A DNA stretch of 64,000 nt from Candidatus Omnitrophota bacterium. Its GTDB lineage: Bacteria > Omnitrophota > Gorgyraeia > Pluralincolimonadales > Pluralincolimonadaceae. The DNA is taken from positions 126,289 through 190,288 of the forward strand of contig PLNR01000005.1 of assembly GCA_003141835.1 (NCBI GenBank), written 5' to 3'. The notes under the pieces were generated by a model, which was given only the letters and a program-made list of their open reading frames with translations, was not told the DNA's origin and made no database searches. Position 1 is the stretch's first letter, and each line of letters starts with the position of its first letter. Below, piece after piece: positions 50,906-60,230 of the stretch. The position numbers and the translations under genes are program-made.

Positions 50906-51379
50906 ATGAACAAAGAATCAAAAGGTAATGCCGGAATGTCGCTGCTTAAGATAGTCCAAGTAATTTGGACTATACAATTGATCCTCGTTTCCTCCATAGT
51001 AATATTACATCCGCTTTTTTCCATAGTTAAGATCATAGTCCCTTTGTTCGCTTTATCGTTCGTATATTCGACCCTAGGCATAATCTCAAATCGCAAGCGT
51101 GCCTGGATAGCATCAATATTTTTACTGACCCTGTATTGGTTAATAATGGGTTGGCAGGCAATAGTAAGTTTCTTCTTAAATAATTATCTTTTCTTCACTA
51201 ATCATCCGCTTTATATAGATTCACCGGCTACGATCCTGGTTGTATACGCGGGCGCAATATTTGGCATACTGCCGGCGGGGATATTGACATTACTTTATAT
51301 CTTCAATTACAGGCAGATCAGGACTAATTGGGGTCAGCCGTTGAGTTCAAATGTTTTATTCGAGAAGGGGGTCTCATGA
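50906..51379 (+). CDS. Hypothetical four-TM membrane protein
   Basis: Hydrophobic segments; C-terminus reads through a collapsed attC. Confidence 0.7.
   Translation: MNKESKGNAGMSLLKIVQVIWTIQLILVSSIVILHPLFSIVKIIVPLFALSFVYSTLGIISNRKRAWIASIFLLTLYWLIMGWQAIVSFFLNNYLFFTNHPLYIDSPATILVVYAGAIFGILPAGILTLLYIFNYRQIRTNWGQPLSSNVLFEKGVS
51337..51359 (+). other. attC right half-site
   Basis: GCCGTTGAGTTCAAATGTT matches the array consensus GCCGCTGAGTTCAAACGTT with 2 mismatches; left arm absent. Confidence 0.75.
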
Positions 51380-51978
51380 AATTCAAACATATCGTTACGA
51401 TTCTTGTTCTTGTCATGGTATCCAGCATCGCCTTGGCGGATCAAGAGGGTCCTAATGAACTGTATGTCACGGGAAACGGCCCATTTTATTTAAAGTGTAT
51501 TCCCGCCGAGGCACTTAGAGATCGGGAGAAGGGTAAGACGATGGTATATCTTGCGGGAAAAGAAAGCGATACCCTCATCCATACCTTCGACTGGTATTCA
51601 CCGAGAGCATTCATTACCGGATGGGGAGGCGGCACGTCGGTTATTCGATTGGGACCCTGGCCCCGCGGATCCAAAGCGTCGGCAAGTGATCTCGGAATCG
51701 CCTTTTATCGAGATGAAAAGTTGGTGGCAAGATACTCGACATTGGATCTTGCGGGTAACGAGGGGAATGTCTCCGTATCCGTTTCCCACTACGGGGTGAT
51801 CAAGGATGTTATCGGGATTGTGAGAGTGTACGAGAAGAAGGGTGAAGATATTCTATCTGCCGATCCAGAATATGCATTCGAGATCGTACTGCATGATGGC
51901 AGAAGGCTTCTCTTTGATATCCATACAGGCAAGAGAGTGAAGCTAACAGACAACATGTTCACGATATTGGATAAATAA
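51376..51978 (+). CDS. Hypothetical secreted protein
   Basis: GAAGGGGG SD, signal peptide MKFKHIVTILVLVMVSSIALA, beta-rich body. Confidence 0.78.
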   Translation: MKFKHIVTILVLVMVSSIALADQEGPNELYVTGNGPFYLKCIPAEALRDREKGKTMVYLAGKESDTLIHTFDWYSPRAFITGWGGGTSVIRLGPWPRGSKASASDLGIAFYRDEKLVARYSTLDLAGNEGNVSVSVSHYGVIKDVIGIVRVYEKKGEDILSADPEYAFEIVLHDGRRLLFDIHTGKRVKLTDNMFTILDK

Positions 51979-52055
51979 ATTGGGGATAATTAAGGTGACA
52001 GCATACTTAATTCGGTTAAGGGCAGAGTGGGGTGGCACTAAGTGACGCGTCCCCA
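51978..52055. repeat. REP/REPIN-like miniature inverted-repeat element
   Basis: GGTGAC-AGCAT-ACTTA (51994-52009) and inverted GGGGAC-GCGTC-ACTTA (52054-52039); hairpin AATTAAG..CTTAATT; preceded by AATTGGGGA. Confidence 0.6.
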
Positions 52056-52103
52056 TAAGATACGTTCTTTTTGGTGTCATAGTGGCAAAATAATAAATAA
52101 AAT

Positions 52104-52179
52104 ACCTAACATTTCACTCCAGCGGACTGCGCCAGCCATCCGTTATCAAGGGCTCGGCCGCTGAGTTCAAACGTTCGAT
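52104..52179 (+). other. attC site 4
   Basis: R'' ACCTAAC, ATTTCACTCCAGCGGAC identical to attC1, GCCGCTGAGTTCAAAC, R' GTTCGAT. Confidence 0.9.
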
Positions 52180-52181
52180 GT

Positions 52182-52688
52182 ATGAGGTATGAGATGGAAG
52201 AACTCGACGACAATGCGCAGCAACGACGCGAGACGTTTGCCCGCTACGGGCTCGCCATGTACCATGCGCAGTGCGTTGAAAAGAGCCTCGCAATCCTGGT
52301 TTCCAGTGTTTTTAATAAGGAGTTCCTACCGAGCAACCCCAATCGGCGCGAAGAGATTCAAGATGAGGTGTTTAGCAAGACCATTGGCAGATTGCTGACC
52401 CGAATGAGGAAGCAGATCGCTGTCCCGACGAAACTAGACAGGACGCTGGATGATGCCTGGCAGAAGCGGAACTGGCTCGCACACGAGTATTTCTGGGCTA
52501 GGGCGGGAGAGATTATGACCACGCGCGGCCGAGACAAGATGATTCGGGAGCTTACCGAGCTTTCGGACCTCTTCTCCAAAGTGGACGCCCATCTTGTGTC
52601 CATCTATGAGAAGTGGAACAAGAGGGCCGGGGTCCCGCAGACGGTGATTGAGCAGAATCTGAGGAAGCTGATCCAAGACAACGAGTGA
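52182..52688 (+). CDS. Cassette protein with HEPN-like RNWLAH motif
   Basis: All-helical pattern, AQCVE, KTIGRLL, KRNWLAHEYF; start may be ATG 52194 (GAGG SD). Confidence 0.75.
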   Translation: MRYEMEELDDNAQQRRETFARYGLAMYHAQCVEKSLAILVSSVFNKEFLPSNPNRREEIQDEVFSKTIGRLLTRMRKQIAVPTKLDRTLDDAWQKRNWLAHEYFWARAGEIMTTRGRDKMIRELTELSDLFSKVDAHLVSIYEKWNKRAGVPQTVIEQNLRKLIQDNE

Positions 52689-52691
52689 GGC

Positions 52692-52722
52692 GTCGAACCA
52701 GCGCCTGAACGGTACGGCGCTA
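52692..52722 (+). other. attC left half-site
   Basis: R'' GTCGAAC nearly complements cassette start GTTCGAT, followed by L''-like GCCTGAAC; no L'/R' follows. Confidence 0.6.
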
Positions 52723-52724
52723 GA

Positions 52725-53606
52725 ATGATTAATATGAAAGCAAGGAAGATTGGACTGGTATTTCTAATTTTGATGGCGGGTATCTCGGGTTTTACCTTTG
52801 CAAATGAACAACCTATAATTGGTAAACTTGGCAAGCCTGTCGGCACAGAACTGACAATCGAAGGGACATTTCAAGGCGGCAAGAACAGTTGGATTCTCGT
52901 AACCAAAGTAAATGAAAAGGAACTCTCTTCTCCCGTATTAATTGCTACATCTCTTGACACTTTTGAAGCTATTAAGACGGACGCTGGCTGTCGATTCAAG
53001 GGCATGGAAGTTACCTATGTCGTCAAGCCGGTCATAGACCCCACAACTGGTAAGCAAGGTCAACAAGCTGCACCCGGCAGGCATCTTGCTTTTAAGGTGA
53101 CCAAAGTCCTCGTCCCTAAAGGCGTCAAAATTAGAAAAGAAGAAGAAAGCAACAATCTGATTTCCTGGGGAGAGGGTAAAAACGGAATCTCCTGCGGGAT
53201 TTCCCTTAGTAAGCCCAGCTATGTATTAGGAGAGGACGTCGAGGTGTCTATATTCCTCAGGAATAACTGTAACCGGGAACTAAAATGCAATGTTCGGGGT
53301 ATCGGGTCATGGCGCAATATAGAGAATGGCGCTATGTGCATGGATCTTGTATTTAATGAGGTTGGCGACCGGCGGTACAATGGGACAGAATACACTGTTC
53401 CTAATGGAAAAGTTTGCATGATACTTGTCCAAAAGTTCCATACGCGCCCTTTAAATAATCCCATGAGCGACCTGCATTTCACTCCAGGCGAGAAAAGTAT
53501 CATTGTTCAATGTGATCCGCGGTTTGAAGGGAACGAGTTGTCTGGCATTTATTCGGGGATAGCTACTGTAGAAGTTGTCGAATTAGAAGCTGGGAATAGC
53601 CGCTGA
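52725..53606 (+). CDS. Hypothetical secreted two-domain protein
   Basis: Signal peptide; stop TGA lies inside an attC right half; start may be ATG 52734. Confidence 0.75.
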   Translation: MINMKARKIGLVFLILMAGISGFTFANEQPIIGKLGKPVGTELTIEGTFQGGKNSWILVTKVNEKELSSPVLIATSLDTFEAIKTDAGCRFKGMEVTYVVKPVIDPTTGKQGQQAAPGRHLAFKVTKVLVPKGVKIRKEEESNNLISWGEGKNGISCGISLSKPSYVLGEDVEVSIFLRNNCNRELKCNVRGIGSWRNIENGAMCMDLVFNEVGDRRYNGTEYTVPNGKVCMILVQKFHTRPLNNPMSDLHFTPGEKSIIVQCDPRFEGNELSGIYSGIATVEVVELEAGNSR

Positions 53607-53621
53607 GTTTAAACGTTCAAT
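53599..53621 (+). other. attC right half-site
   Basis: GCCGCTGAGTTTAAACGTT, 1 mismatch to the array consensus. Confidence 0.8.
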
Positions 53622-53636
53622 ATAAAGGGAGTTAAT

Positions 53637-54260
53637 TTGAGGTCCGTCGTACTGATACTTGTGTTTGTTACCATTGTATCTTTCTTGGTATATCGGGCTT
53701 TGTGCCCACAGCCGTGTTCGGGAACGTGGTTTTGGGAGCGAATTCTAACCCCTTACTCATTCATCGTTGATGAGAACAAGACGCAGATCACTTTCGTCTG
53801 GGTTGGGACCGATACACGTGAGTTTTTTCGAGTGTCCCGCGCTGCCGTGACCGTCTCCGGCCCAGAGTCGATCAAGAACCACATCGAACGTCTAATCGGG
53901 TACATGGAAGGCGAGACCCAGCAATGGGGACGAGTTGTTGGCAAGTCGTATGAACGCGACCTGCAAATATTGACTTTGGTTGATATGGGAGCGAATCCTG
54001 TCGCATGGCGAGCATGGTGGACCCAGAACAGAAGATTGTTTGTTGGTTCTCCCAGTGCCTACGAGGAACTGCGGAAAGATCGCATTGCCAGGGATGTCGA
54101 ACAATACGGTATATCAGAAAGGGCCAAATCCGAGTTGCTTTGGGGCAAAGAATATCGCAGGGTGAGGATTCTGTGCTGGTCGAGCTTGGTAACGGCATTG
54201 ACCTGCTTCATCCTGGCGCTCCTCATAAGTGTGAAGCAGTTCATAAAGAGAAGGCGATAA
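53637..54260 (+). CDS. Hypothetical protein with N- and C-terminal TM segments
   Basis: AAGGGAG SD with TTG start; WRAWW motif. Confidence 0.7.
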   Translation: MRSVVLILVFVTIVSFLVYRALCPQPCSGTWFWERILTPYSFIVDENKTQITFVWVGTDTREFFRVSRAAVTVSGPESIKNHIERLIGYMEGETQQWGRVVGKSYERDLQILTLVDMGANPVAWRAWWTQNRRLFVGSPSAYEELRKDRIARDVEQYGISERAKSELLWGKEYRRVRILCWSSLVTALTCFILALLISVKQFIKRRR

Positions 54261-54261
54261 T

Positions 54262-54786
54262 ATTAAGACAAAGATACTGTTTCTTATCGCTATAATTTGT
54301 TTTCTTCCTGCAGCCCACGTTCATGCAATTAATGAAGATGTTAAGCGTTTAATTGCTGAAGATGTTCTTTCCCGAATAGAACCCGATTTTTATTTTTTCA
54401 AAGAAAAAGCACAAAATGTTGAAAAGCTCTTTAAGGATTGTGATTTTCAAGAAGTTGATTTAAACGATGACGGAAAACCAGAAATTATTGTAAAAGAAAA
54501 TTGGCTCTCGGAAGGCAATGATGGATTTCCAAAAGGGCGTAGTTTTGTTCGCAGCTCTCAAGATCAAGGCTACTATTTCATATATTCAGTTTTGAATGCT
54601 AAGCCCAAATATATAGGTTGTATTGAAGGGGGCTCTTGGGAAGCTCTATCAGTAACAAGCAACGGTTTTAAAGATATTAAGACATATCATCGTATGGGTT
54701 ATGATGAGTGGATAGTCAGTGTGTACAAATATAATGGAGATAAATACAAGCTGGCGTCTCAAGTTACTGAAAAAGGAGAGGAATAA
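54262..54786 (+). CDS. Hypothetical secreted protein with ATT start (or start-loss pseudogene)
   Basis: Open frame from ATT 54262: IKTKILFLIAIICFLPAAHVHA signal peptide, DLNDDGKPEI Ca-binding-type motif. Confidence 0.6.
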   Translation: MKTKILFLIAIICFLPAAHVHAINEDVKRLIAEDVLSRIEPDFYFFKEKAQNVEKLFKDCDFQEVDLNDDGKPEIIVKENWLSEGNDGFPKGRSFVRSSQDQGYYFIYSVLNAKPKYIGCIEGGSWEALSVTSNGFKDIKTYHRMGYDEWIVSVYKYNGDKYKLASQVTEKGEE

Positions 54787-54804
54787 TTACATTAAAGGAG
54801 CCGT

Positions 54805-55266
54805 ATGAAATACCTTAAATATCTCGCTATCGGCGCAGCAATAGTCTTGGCATGCGCCGCGGTATGCCATTTTACCGGGGCGAATAACGCCAGCATGCCG
54901 GCTGCCAGGCTCGTGCCGGGTGACATAACATGGAAGGCCGACCCCAAACTGCACGGGCTGGAGACCGCGGTCCTGGCAGGGGACCCAAGCATTGCGGCGC
55001 CATACACCCAGCGCATCAGGATACCCGCCAATACCATCCTGAAACCCCATTCGCACCCGAATAAGGGAAGGATGGTTACCGTACTGTCCGGGACTTTCTA
55101 TTTTGGCTACGGCGATAAGTTCGACGAGACGAAGCTCAAGAGGCTCCCTCCCGGGAGCTTCTTTACCGAGCCGAGCGGGATGCCGCACTATGCGGTGGCC
55201 AAAGAGGGGGATGTAGTCCTCCAGCTTAACGCTATCGGTCCTGACGGCATGGTATACGTAAAATAA
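54805..55266 (+). CDS. Secreted cupin domain protein
   Basis: AAGGAG SD, signal peptide, PHSHP...VLSG...PPGSF...PHY cupin motifs; host-like GC. Confidence 0.85.
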   Translation: MKYLKYLAIGAAIVLACAAVCHFTGANNASMPAARLVPGDITWKADPKLHGLETAVLAGDPSIAAPYTQRIRIPANTILKPHSHPNKGRMVTVLSGTFYFGYGDKFDETKLKRLPPGSFFTEPSGMPHYAVAKEGDVVLQLNAIGPDGMVYVK

Positions 55267-55317
55267 TTGAAAGAAAATCCCGCCATTTTGCGTCTATAAC
55301 TATGTCCTATAATATTA

Positions 55318-55345
55318 TTGACATATCGGGATGATATGCTATAAT
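55318..55345 (+). promoter_or_regulatory. sigma70 promoter of the ilv-leu operon
   Basis: TTGACA, 16 bp spacer ending TGC, TATAAT. Confidence 0.8.
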
Positions 55346-55388
55346 CTGTAATTCACGTATAACCCTAGGTAATCCAAGGAGATATATC

Positions 55389-57047
55389 ATGTTAAGAAGC
55401 GATAGGGTCAAGAAAGGCCTCGAGAAGGTCGGAAGTCGTTCGCTCATGTACGCCACAGGCATGACGAAGTCCGAGATGGAGCGGCCGTTCATCGGCATCG
55501 CGTCCAGTTTCACGGACCTTGTGCCGGGCCATATCCATTTGCGCGAGCTTGAGCGCTCGATCGAGCACGGGATCTACGCGGCCGGCGGCACCGCCTTTGT
55601 CTTCGGCATACCGGCCATCTGCGACGGCATAGCCATGGGCCATTTGGGCATGCATTGCTCGCTTCCTTTGAGGGAGCTCATCGCCGATTCGGTCGAGATG
55701 GTTACGACAGCCCACGCTTTGGACGGGCTCATATTGCTTACGAATTGCGACAAGATCACCCCTGGAATGATGATGGCGGCGTGCAGGATGAATATCCCGG
55801 CTATCGTCGTCACCGGCGGGCCGATGCTTTCGGGCCGTTCGGGGATGAAACGCCTCTCGCTCGTCAAGGATACGTTCGAGGCGGTCGGAAGGCACAGGGC
55901 AGGAGAGATCACCAGGGAAGAGCTTGAAGAGCTCGAGTGCAGCGCTTGCCCGGGCGCGGGCGCCTGCCAGGGCCTTTATACGGCGAATACGATGAGCTGC
56001 CTCTCCGAGGCGCTCGGTATCGCAATGCCGGGCGGGGCTACGGCCCTCGCGGCATCGGCTAAAAGAGAGAGAATAGCATATTTAAGCGGCGAGCGTATCG
56101 TCGAGCTCGTCAAGAAGGATATAACACCTAAAAAGATCCTGACCCCGAAAGCGATCGAGAACGCGCTGCGCGTCGATATGGCGCTCGGAGGGTCGACGAA
56201 TACCGTTTTGCACGTCACGGCAATCGCGCATGAGCTTGGCATAAAAATGCCGCTCGATATCTTCGATAAGATAAGCCGGGAGACGCCGCATATCTCGGAC
56301 ATACTGCCTTCGGGCAAATATTTCATGGAAGACCTCGAGTTCGCCGGCGGCATTCCTGCGGTCTTGAAGAGGCTTAAACCGGAATTGAGCAACCTCCCGA
56401 CGGTCAGCGGCAGGACGATCTACCAGATCGCCGACGCCGCGCGCATAGACGACGAGGAGGTCATCAGGCCGTTGAACAGGCCGTATCATAAAGAAGGAGG
56501 TATAGCCGTCCTGAAGGGCAACATTGCCCCGGACGGTGCCGTAGTCAAACAGAGCGCTGTCCAGGAGAAGATAAGGCATTTCATCGGAAAAGCGAAATGC
56601 TTTAATTCCGAGGAAGACGCGATGAAGGCTATCATGGCGAAGAAGATAACCGCAGGCGACTGCGTCGTCATCCGCTATGAAGGTCCCAAGGGCGGGCCGG
56701 GTATGAGGGAGATGTTATCCCCGACCGCGGCCATCGTCGGTATGGGATTAGCCGATAAAGTCGCTTTGATCACAGATGGAAGGTTCTCCGGCGGAACACA
56801 GGGGCCGTGCATCGGGCATATAGCGCCTGAGGCGGCCGAAGGCGGGCCTCTCGCCGCGATTAAAGACGGCGATACGATCGAGATCGACATCAACAAGAGA
56901 AAGCTCGAGTTGAAGGTCTCGAAGGCCGAATTGACTAAACGGATGAGATCAATCAAGGCGCATAAGCCGAAGATAACGACGGGCTACCTCGCGCGTTACG
57001 CGAAACTCGTCACATCTGCGAGCACCGGCGCCGTTATGAAAGGTTAA
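55389..57047 (+). CDS. ilvD: Dihydroxy-acid dehydratase
   Basis: [39 protein letters not shown]. Confidence 0.97.
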   Translation: MLRSDRVKKGLEKVGSRSLMYATGMTKSEMERPFIGIASSFTDLVPGHIHLRELERSIEHGIYAAGGTAFVFGIPAICDGIAMGHLGMHCSLPLRELIADSVEMVTTAHALDGLILLTNCDKITPGMMMAACRMNIPAIVVTGGPMLSGRSGMKRLSLVKDTFEAVGRHRAGEITREELEELECSACPGAGACQGLYTANTMSCLSEALGIAMPGGATALAASAKRERIAYLSGERIVELVKKDITPKKILTPKAIENALRVDMALGGSTNTVLHVTAIAHELGIKMPLDIFDKISRETPHISDILPSGKYFMEDLEFAGGIPAVLKRLKPELSNLPTVSGRTIYQIADAARIDDEEVIRPLNRPYHKEGGIAVLKGNIAPDGAVVKQSAVQEKIRHFIGKAKCFNSEEDAMKAIMAKKITAGDCVVIRYEGPKGGPGMREMLSPTAAIVGMGLADKVALITDGRFSGGTQGPCIGHIAPEAAEGGPLAAIKDGDTIEIDINKRKLELKVSKAELTKRMRSIKAHKPKITTGYLARYAKLVTSASTGAVMKG

Positions 57048-57054
57048 TAATTAA

Positions 57055-58728
57055 ATGACGACTAAAATGAACGGGGCGAAGATATTGATCGAATCGCTCA
57101 AAAAAGAAGGGGTCGGGGCTGTCTTCGGATATCCCGGCGGGCAGGCATTGCCGCTCTTCGACGCCTTATACCATTCTGACTTGAAGTTTTACCTTGTCAG
57201 GCACGAGCAGGGCGCGGCGCACGCGGCCGACGGTTACGCGCGCGCGACCGGCAAACCCGGCGTCTGCATAGCGACGTCAGGCCCGGGCGCCACGAACCTC
57301 GTCACAGGAATAGCGACCGCGTACATGGACTCGATACCGATGGTCGCCATCACCGGGCAGGTCAAGACATTCATGATCGGCAATGATGCGTTCCAGGAGG
57401 CCGACATGATCGGCATCACGCGCCCGATAACCAAGCATAATTACCTCGTCAAGGACGTCAAAGACCTCGCGCGGACGGTCAGGGAAGCGTTCCATATCGC
57501 CTCGACCGGAAGGCCGGGGCCGGTCCTCATAGACCTGCCGTCCGATGTCCAGTTGGCCGAGACTGAGTTCCATTACCCAGAGAAGGTCAATATCCGCGGC
57601 TACAAGCCGACGTATTGCGGCCATCCCGGGCAGATTAAGAGGGCGGTCAAGATGATCGCGGATTCGAAGCGGCCCGTCATATACGCGGGCGGCGGGGTCA
57701 TCCTCTCAGGCGCTGCGAAGGAATTGAAGGAGTTCGCCGAGAAGATAAATTCCCCGGTCACGATGACCTTGCTCGGCCTGGGCTCGTTCCCGGGCAACCA
57801 TGAATTATCACTCGGCATGCTCGGCATGCACGGGACAGGATACGCGAACCACGCCGTCCAGAACTGCGACCTGCTTATAGCGATAGGCGCGCGGTTCGAC
57901 GACCGCGTCACAGGCAAGATAGACGAGTTCGCGCCGCACGCGAAGATAATCCATATCGACATCGACCCTTCGGCGATATCGAAGAGCGTTCCTGTCGATG
58001 TGCCGATAGTCGGCGACGTCAAGTGCGTCCTCGACGGATTTTTGAAGATAGTCCACAGGCCGCACGACAAGGAGTGGACCGAGAAGATCGTCGAATGGAA
58101 GCAGAAACATCCGCTCCATTACAAGATAGACGAGAAGCTCCGCCCGCAATATGTCATACAGCAGATCTGCGAGGCGACGAAGGGGGAGGCGATAATCGCT
58201 ACCGACGTCGGCCAGCACCAGATGTGGACGGCGCAGTGGTATAATTTCATGCGCCCCCGCGAGTTTCTGTCAAGCGGCGGGCTCGGGACGATGGGCTACG
58301 GTCTCCCTGCGGGAATAGGCGCGAAAGTCGGCAAGCCCGGCTCAGAGGTCTTCGTCATAAGCGGCGACGGCTCGATACAGATGAACATACAGGAACTCGC
58401 GACCGCCGTGGTCAACAAGATAGACGTCAAGATAGCGATACTCAACAACTCATGCCTCGGCATGGTCCGCCAGTGGCAGGAGCTTTTCTACGGGAAGAGG
58501 TATTCCCATACCAAGCTCGAGAACCCGGACTTTGTCAAGATAGCCGAGGCTTACGGCGCGGTCGGGATACGGATCATGAAGAAGGAAGATGTCCGTCCGG
58601 CGATTGAAAAGGCTATGCGCACGAAGAACACCGTCGTCATGGACTTTATGGTCGAGCCGGAGGAGAACGTCTACCCGATGGTCCCGGCAGGCAAGCGCCT
58701 CGATGACATGATAGGGAGCGTGGCATGA
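57055..58728 (+). CDS. ilvB: Acetolactate synthase large subunit
   Basis: [30 protein letters not shown]. Confidence 0.96.
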   Translation: MTTKMNGAKILIESLKKEGVGAVFGYPGGQALPLFDALYHSDLKFYLVRHEQGAAHAADGYARATGKPGVCIATSGPGATNLVTGIATAYMDSIPMVAITGQVKTFMIGNDAFQEADMIGITRPITKHNYLVKDVKDLARTVREAFHIASTGRPGPVLIDLPSDVQLAETEFHYPEKVNIRGYKPTYCGHPGQIKRAVKMIADSKRPVIYAGGGVILSGAAKELKEFAEKINSPVTMTLLGLGSFPGNHELSLGMLGMHGTGYANHAVQNCDLLIAIGARFDDRVTGKIDEFAPHAKIIHIDIDPSAISKSVPVDVPIVGDVKCVLDGFLKIVHRPHDKEWTEKIVEWKQKHPLHYKIDEKLRPQYVIQQICEATKGEAIIATDVGQHQMWTAQWYNFMRPREFLSSGGLGTMGYGLPAGIGAKVGKPGSEVFVISGDGSIQMNIQELATAVVNKIDVKIAILNNSCLGMVRQWQELFYGKRYSHTKLENPDFVKIAEAYGAVGIRIMKKEDVRPAIEKAMRTKNTVVMDFMVEPEENVYPMVPAGKRLDDMIGSVA

Positions 58729-59240
58729 AAAAAACTATATCGGTGCTTGTCGAGAACCACCCGGGAGTCCTCGCGCGAATATCCGGGCTCTTTTCGGCGC
58801 GCGGGTTCAACATAGATTCGCTCGCTGTCGGGGAGACCGAGGACCCGACAGTCTCGAGGATGACGATAGTCGCCGACGGCGACGAACGCACGCTCGAGCA
58901 GATAAAGAAGCAGCTTAACAAGTTGATAGACGTCATAACGGTCACCGACCTGACGGAGACGAAATTCATCGACCGCGAACTGACATTGATCAAGGTCGGA
59001 GTCACTTCGTCCAAGGACCGCGCGCAGATAATCGAGATCGCCGAGACTATGAGGGCGAATGTCGCGGACCTTGGCCTGCATACGATAACCTTGGAGGCGG
59101 TCGGCGAGACGTCGCGCATCGATAATTTGATCGAGCTTTTGAGGCAATTCGGCATCAAGGAGATAGTACGGACGGGAAAGATAGCGATGGAAATTGAAAC
59201 CAAAGAGAAACCAAAAACAATAAAGGAGGAAGAAGAGTAA
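58725..59240 (+). CDS. ilvN: Acetolactate synthase small subunit
   Basis: [28 protein letters not shown] domain. Confidence 0.95.
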   Translation: MKKTISVLVENHPGVLARISGLFSARGFNIDSLAVGETEDPTVSRMTIVADGDERTLEQIKKQLNKLIDVITVTDLTETKFIDRELTLIKVGVTSSKDRAQIIEIAETMRANVADLGLHTITLEAVGETSRIDNLIELLRQFGIKEIVRTGKIAMEIETKEKPKTIKEEEE

Positions 59241-60230
59241 ATGTTGAAGATATATTATGAGAAAGACGCGGACCTGAATTTCTTGAAGGGTAAGAAAGTG
59301 GCGATAATCGGATACGGCAACCAGGGCCGCGCCCAGGCTATGAATTTAAGGGACAGCGGCGTAGAGGTCATAGTCTCCGAACTCGAGGGGACGCCGAATT
59401 ACGAGCAGGCGGTCAAGGACGGCTTCAAGCCGATGTCGGCCGAGACGGCCTCGAAACAGGCGCACGTGATCCAGATACTTACGCAGGACCATCTCCAGGC
59501 GAAGATATACAAGGCGTTCGTCGAGAAACACCTGACCGAGGGGAAGGCGCTCAATTTTTCGCACGGCTTCAACATCCATTTCAGGGGGATAGTCCCGCCG
59601 AAGAATGTCGATGTCTTCATGATAGCGCCGAAAGGGCCGGGTGCCTTGGTAAGGACCCAGTTTGAGGAAGGTAAAGGCGTCCCGTGCCTGGTCGCGGTCT
59701 ACCAGGACCACAGCGGCAACGCGCTGAAGACGGCGCTCGCTTACGCCAAGGGCATAGGCGGCACCAGGGCCGGCGTCATCGAGACGACGTTCAAAGAAGA
59801 GGTCGAGACCGACCTGTTCGGCGAGCAGGTTGTCCTGTGCGGCGGCGTTACCGAGCTCATCATGGCCGGTTTCGATACATTGGTCGACGCGGGATACCAG
59901 CCCGAGATCGCTTATTTCGAGTGCCTGCACGAGTTGAAGCTCATCACCGACCTGATCTATTCGCAGGGCATACAGGGGATGAGGCAGCGCGTCTCGGATA
60001 CCGCCAAGTACGGCGACCTTACGCGCGGCAAGAGGATAGTGACCGACGCGGCGCGCGCCGAGATGAAGATGATACTCAAGGACATACAATCCGGGGCGTT
60101 CGCGAAGGAATGGCTGGAAGAGAACGAAACGGGAAGGAAGAACTTCGACATGTTAATGAAAAGGGACGAAAACCATCTTATAGAGGTAGTCGGAAAGAAA
60201 CTTCGCAAAATGATGCCATGGATAAAATAA
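59241..60230 (+). CDS. ilvC: Ketol-acid reductoisomerase
   Basis: [28 protein letters not shown]. Confidence 0.97.
   Translation: MLKIYYEKDADLNFLKGKKVAIIGYGNQGRAQAMNLRDSGVEVIVSELEGTPNYEQAVKDGFKPMSAETASKQAHVIQILTQDHLQAKIYKAFVEKHLTEGKALNFSHGFNIHFRGIVPPKNVDVFMIAPKGPGALVRTQFEEGKGVPCLVAVYQDHSGNALKTALAYAKGIGGTRAGVIETTFKEEVETDLFGEQVVLCGGVTELIMAGFDTLVDAGYQPEIAYFECLHELKLITDLIYSQGIQGMRQRVSDTAKYGDLTRGKRIVTDAARAEMKMILKDIQSGAFAKEWLEENETGRKNFDMLMKRDENHLIEVVGKKLRKMMPWIK

Larger units (their letters stand above)
45281..54786. mobile_element. Sedentary chromosomal integron with gene cassette array
   Basis: intI, attI, four full attC sites and several half-sites, co-oriented AT-richer ORFs; distal boundary uncertain (54786 or 55266). 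Confidence 0.9.

Noticed and set aside
47514-53621. Repeated GCCGCTGAGTTCAAACGTT as a possible CRISPR repeat
   Set aside because: Copies are separated by whole genes and have attC box structure; no cas genes present
55302-55329. ATGTCCTATAA resembling a XerC arm of a dif site at the island edge
   Set aside because: No XerD arm (TTATGTTAAA-like) after the 6-bp spacer; the position is occupied by the ilv promoter -35
55346-55388. Possible attenuator or T-box before ilvD
   Set aside because: Leader is only about 40 nt, with no leader peptide or terminator
59684-60217. Apparent 178-aa N-terminal extension of LeuA (similar extensions on metG, tatD, tsaB, MTase)
   Set aside because: Alternate-frame overlap with the upstream gene; conserved domains begin at the downstream ATG
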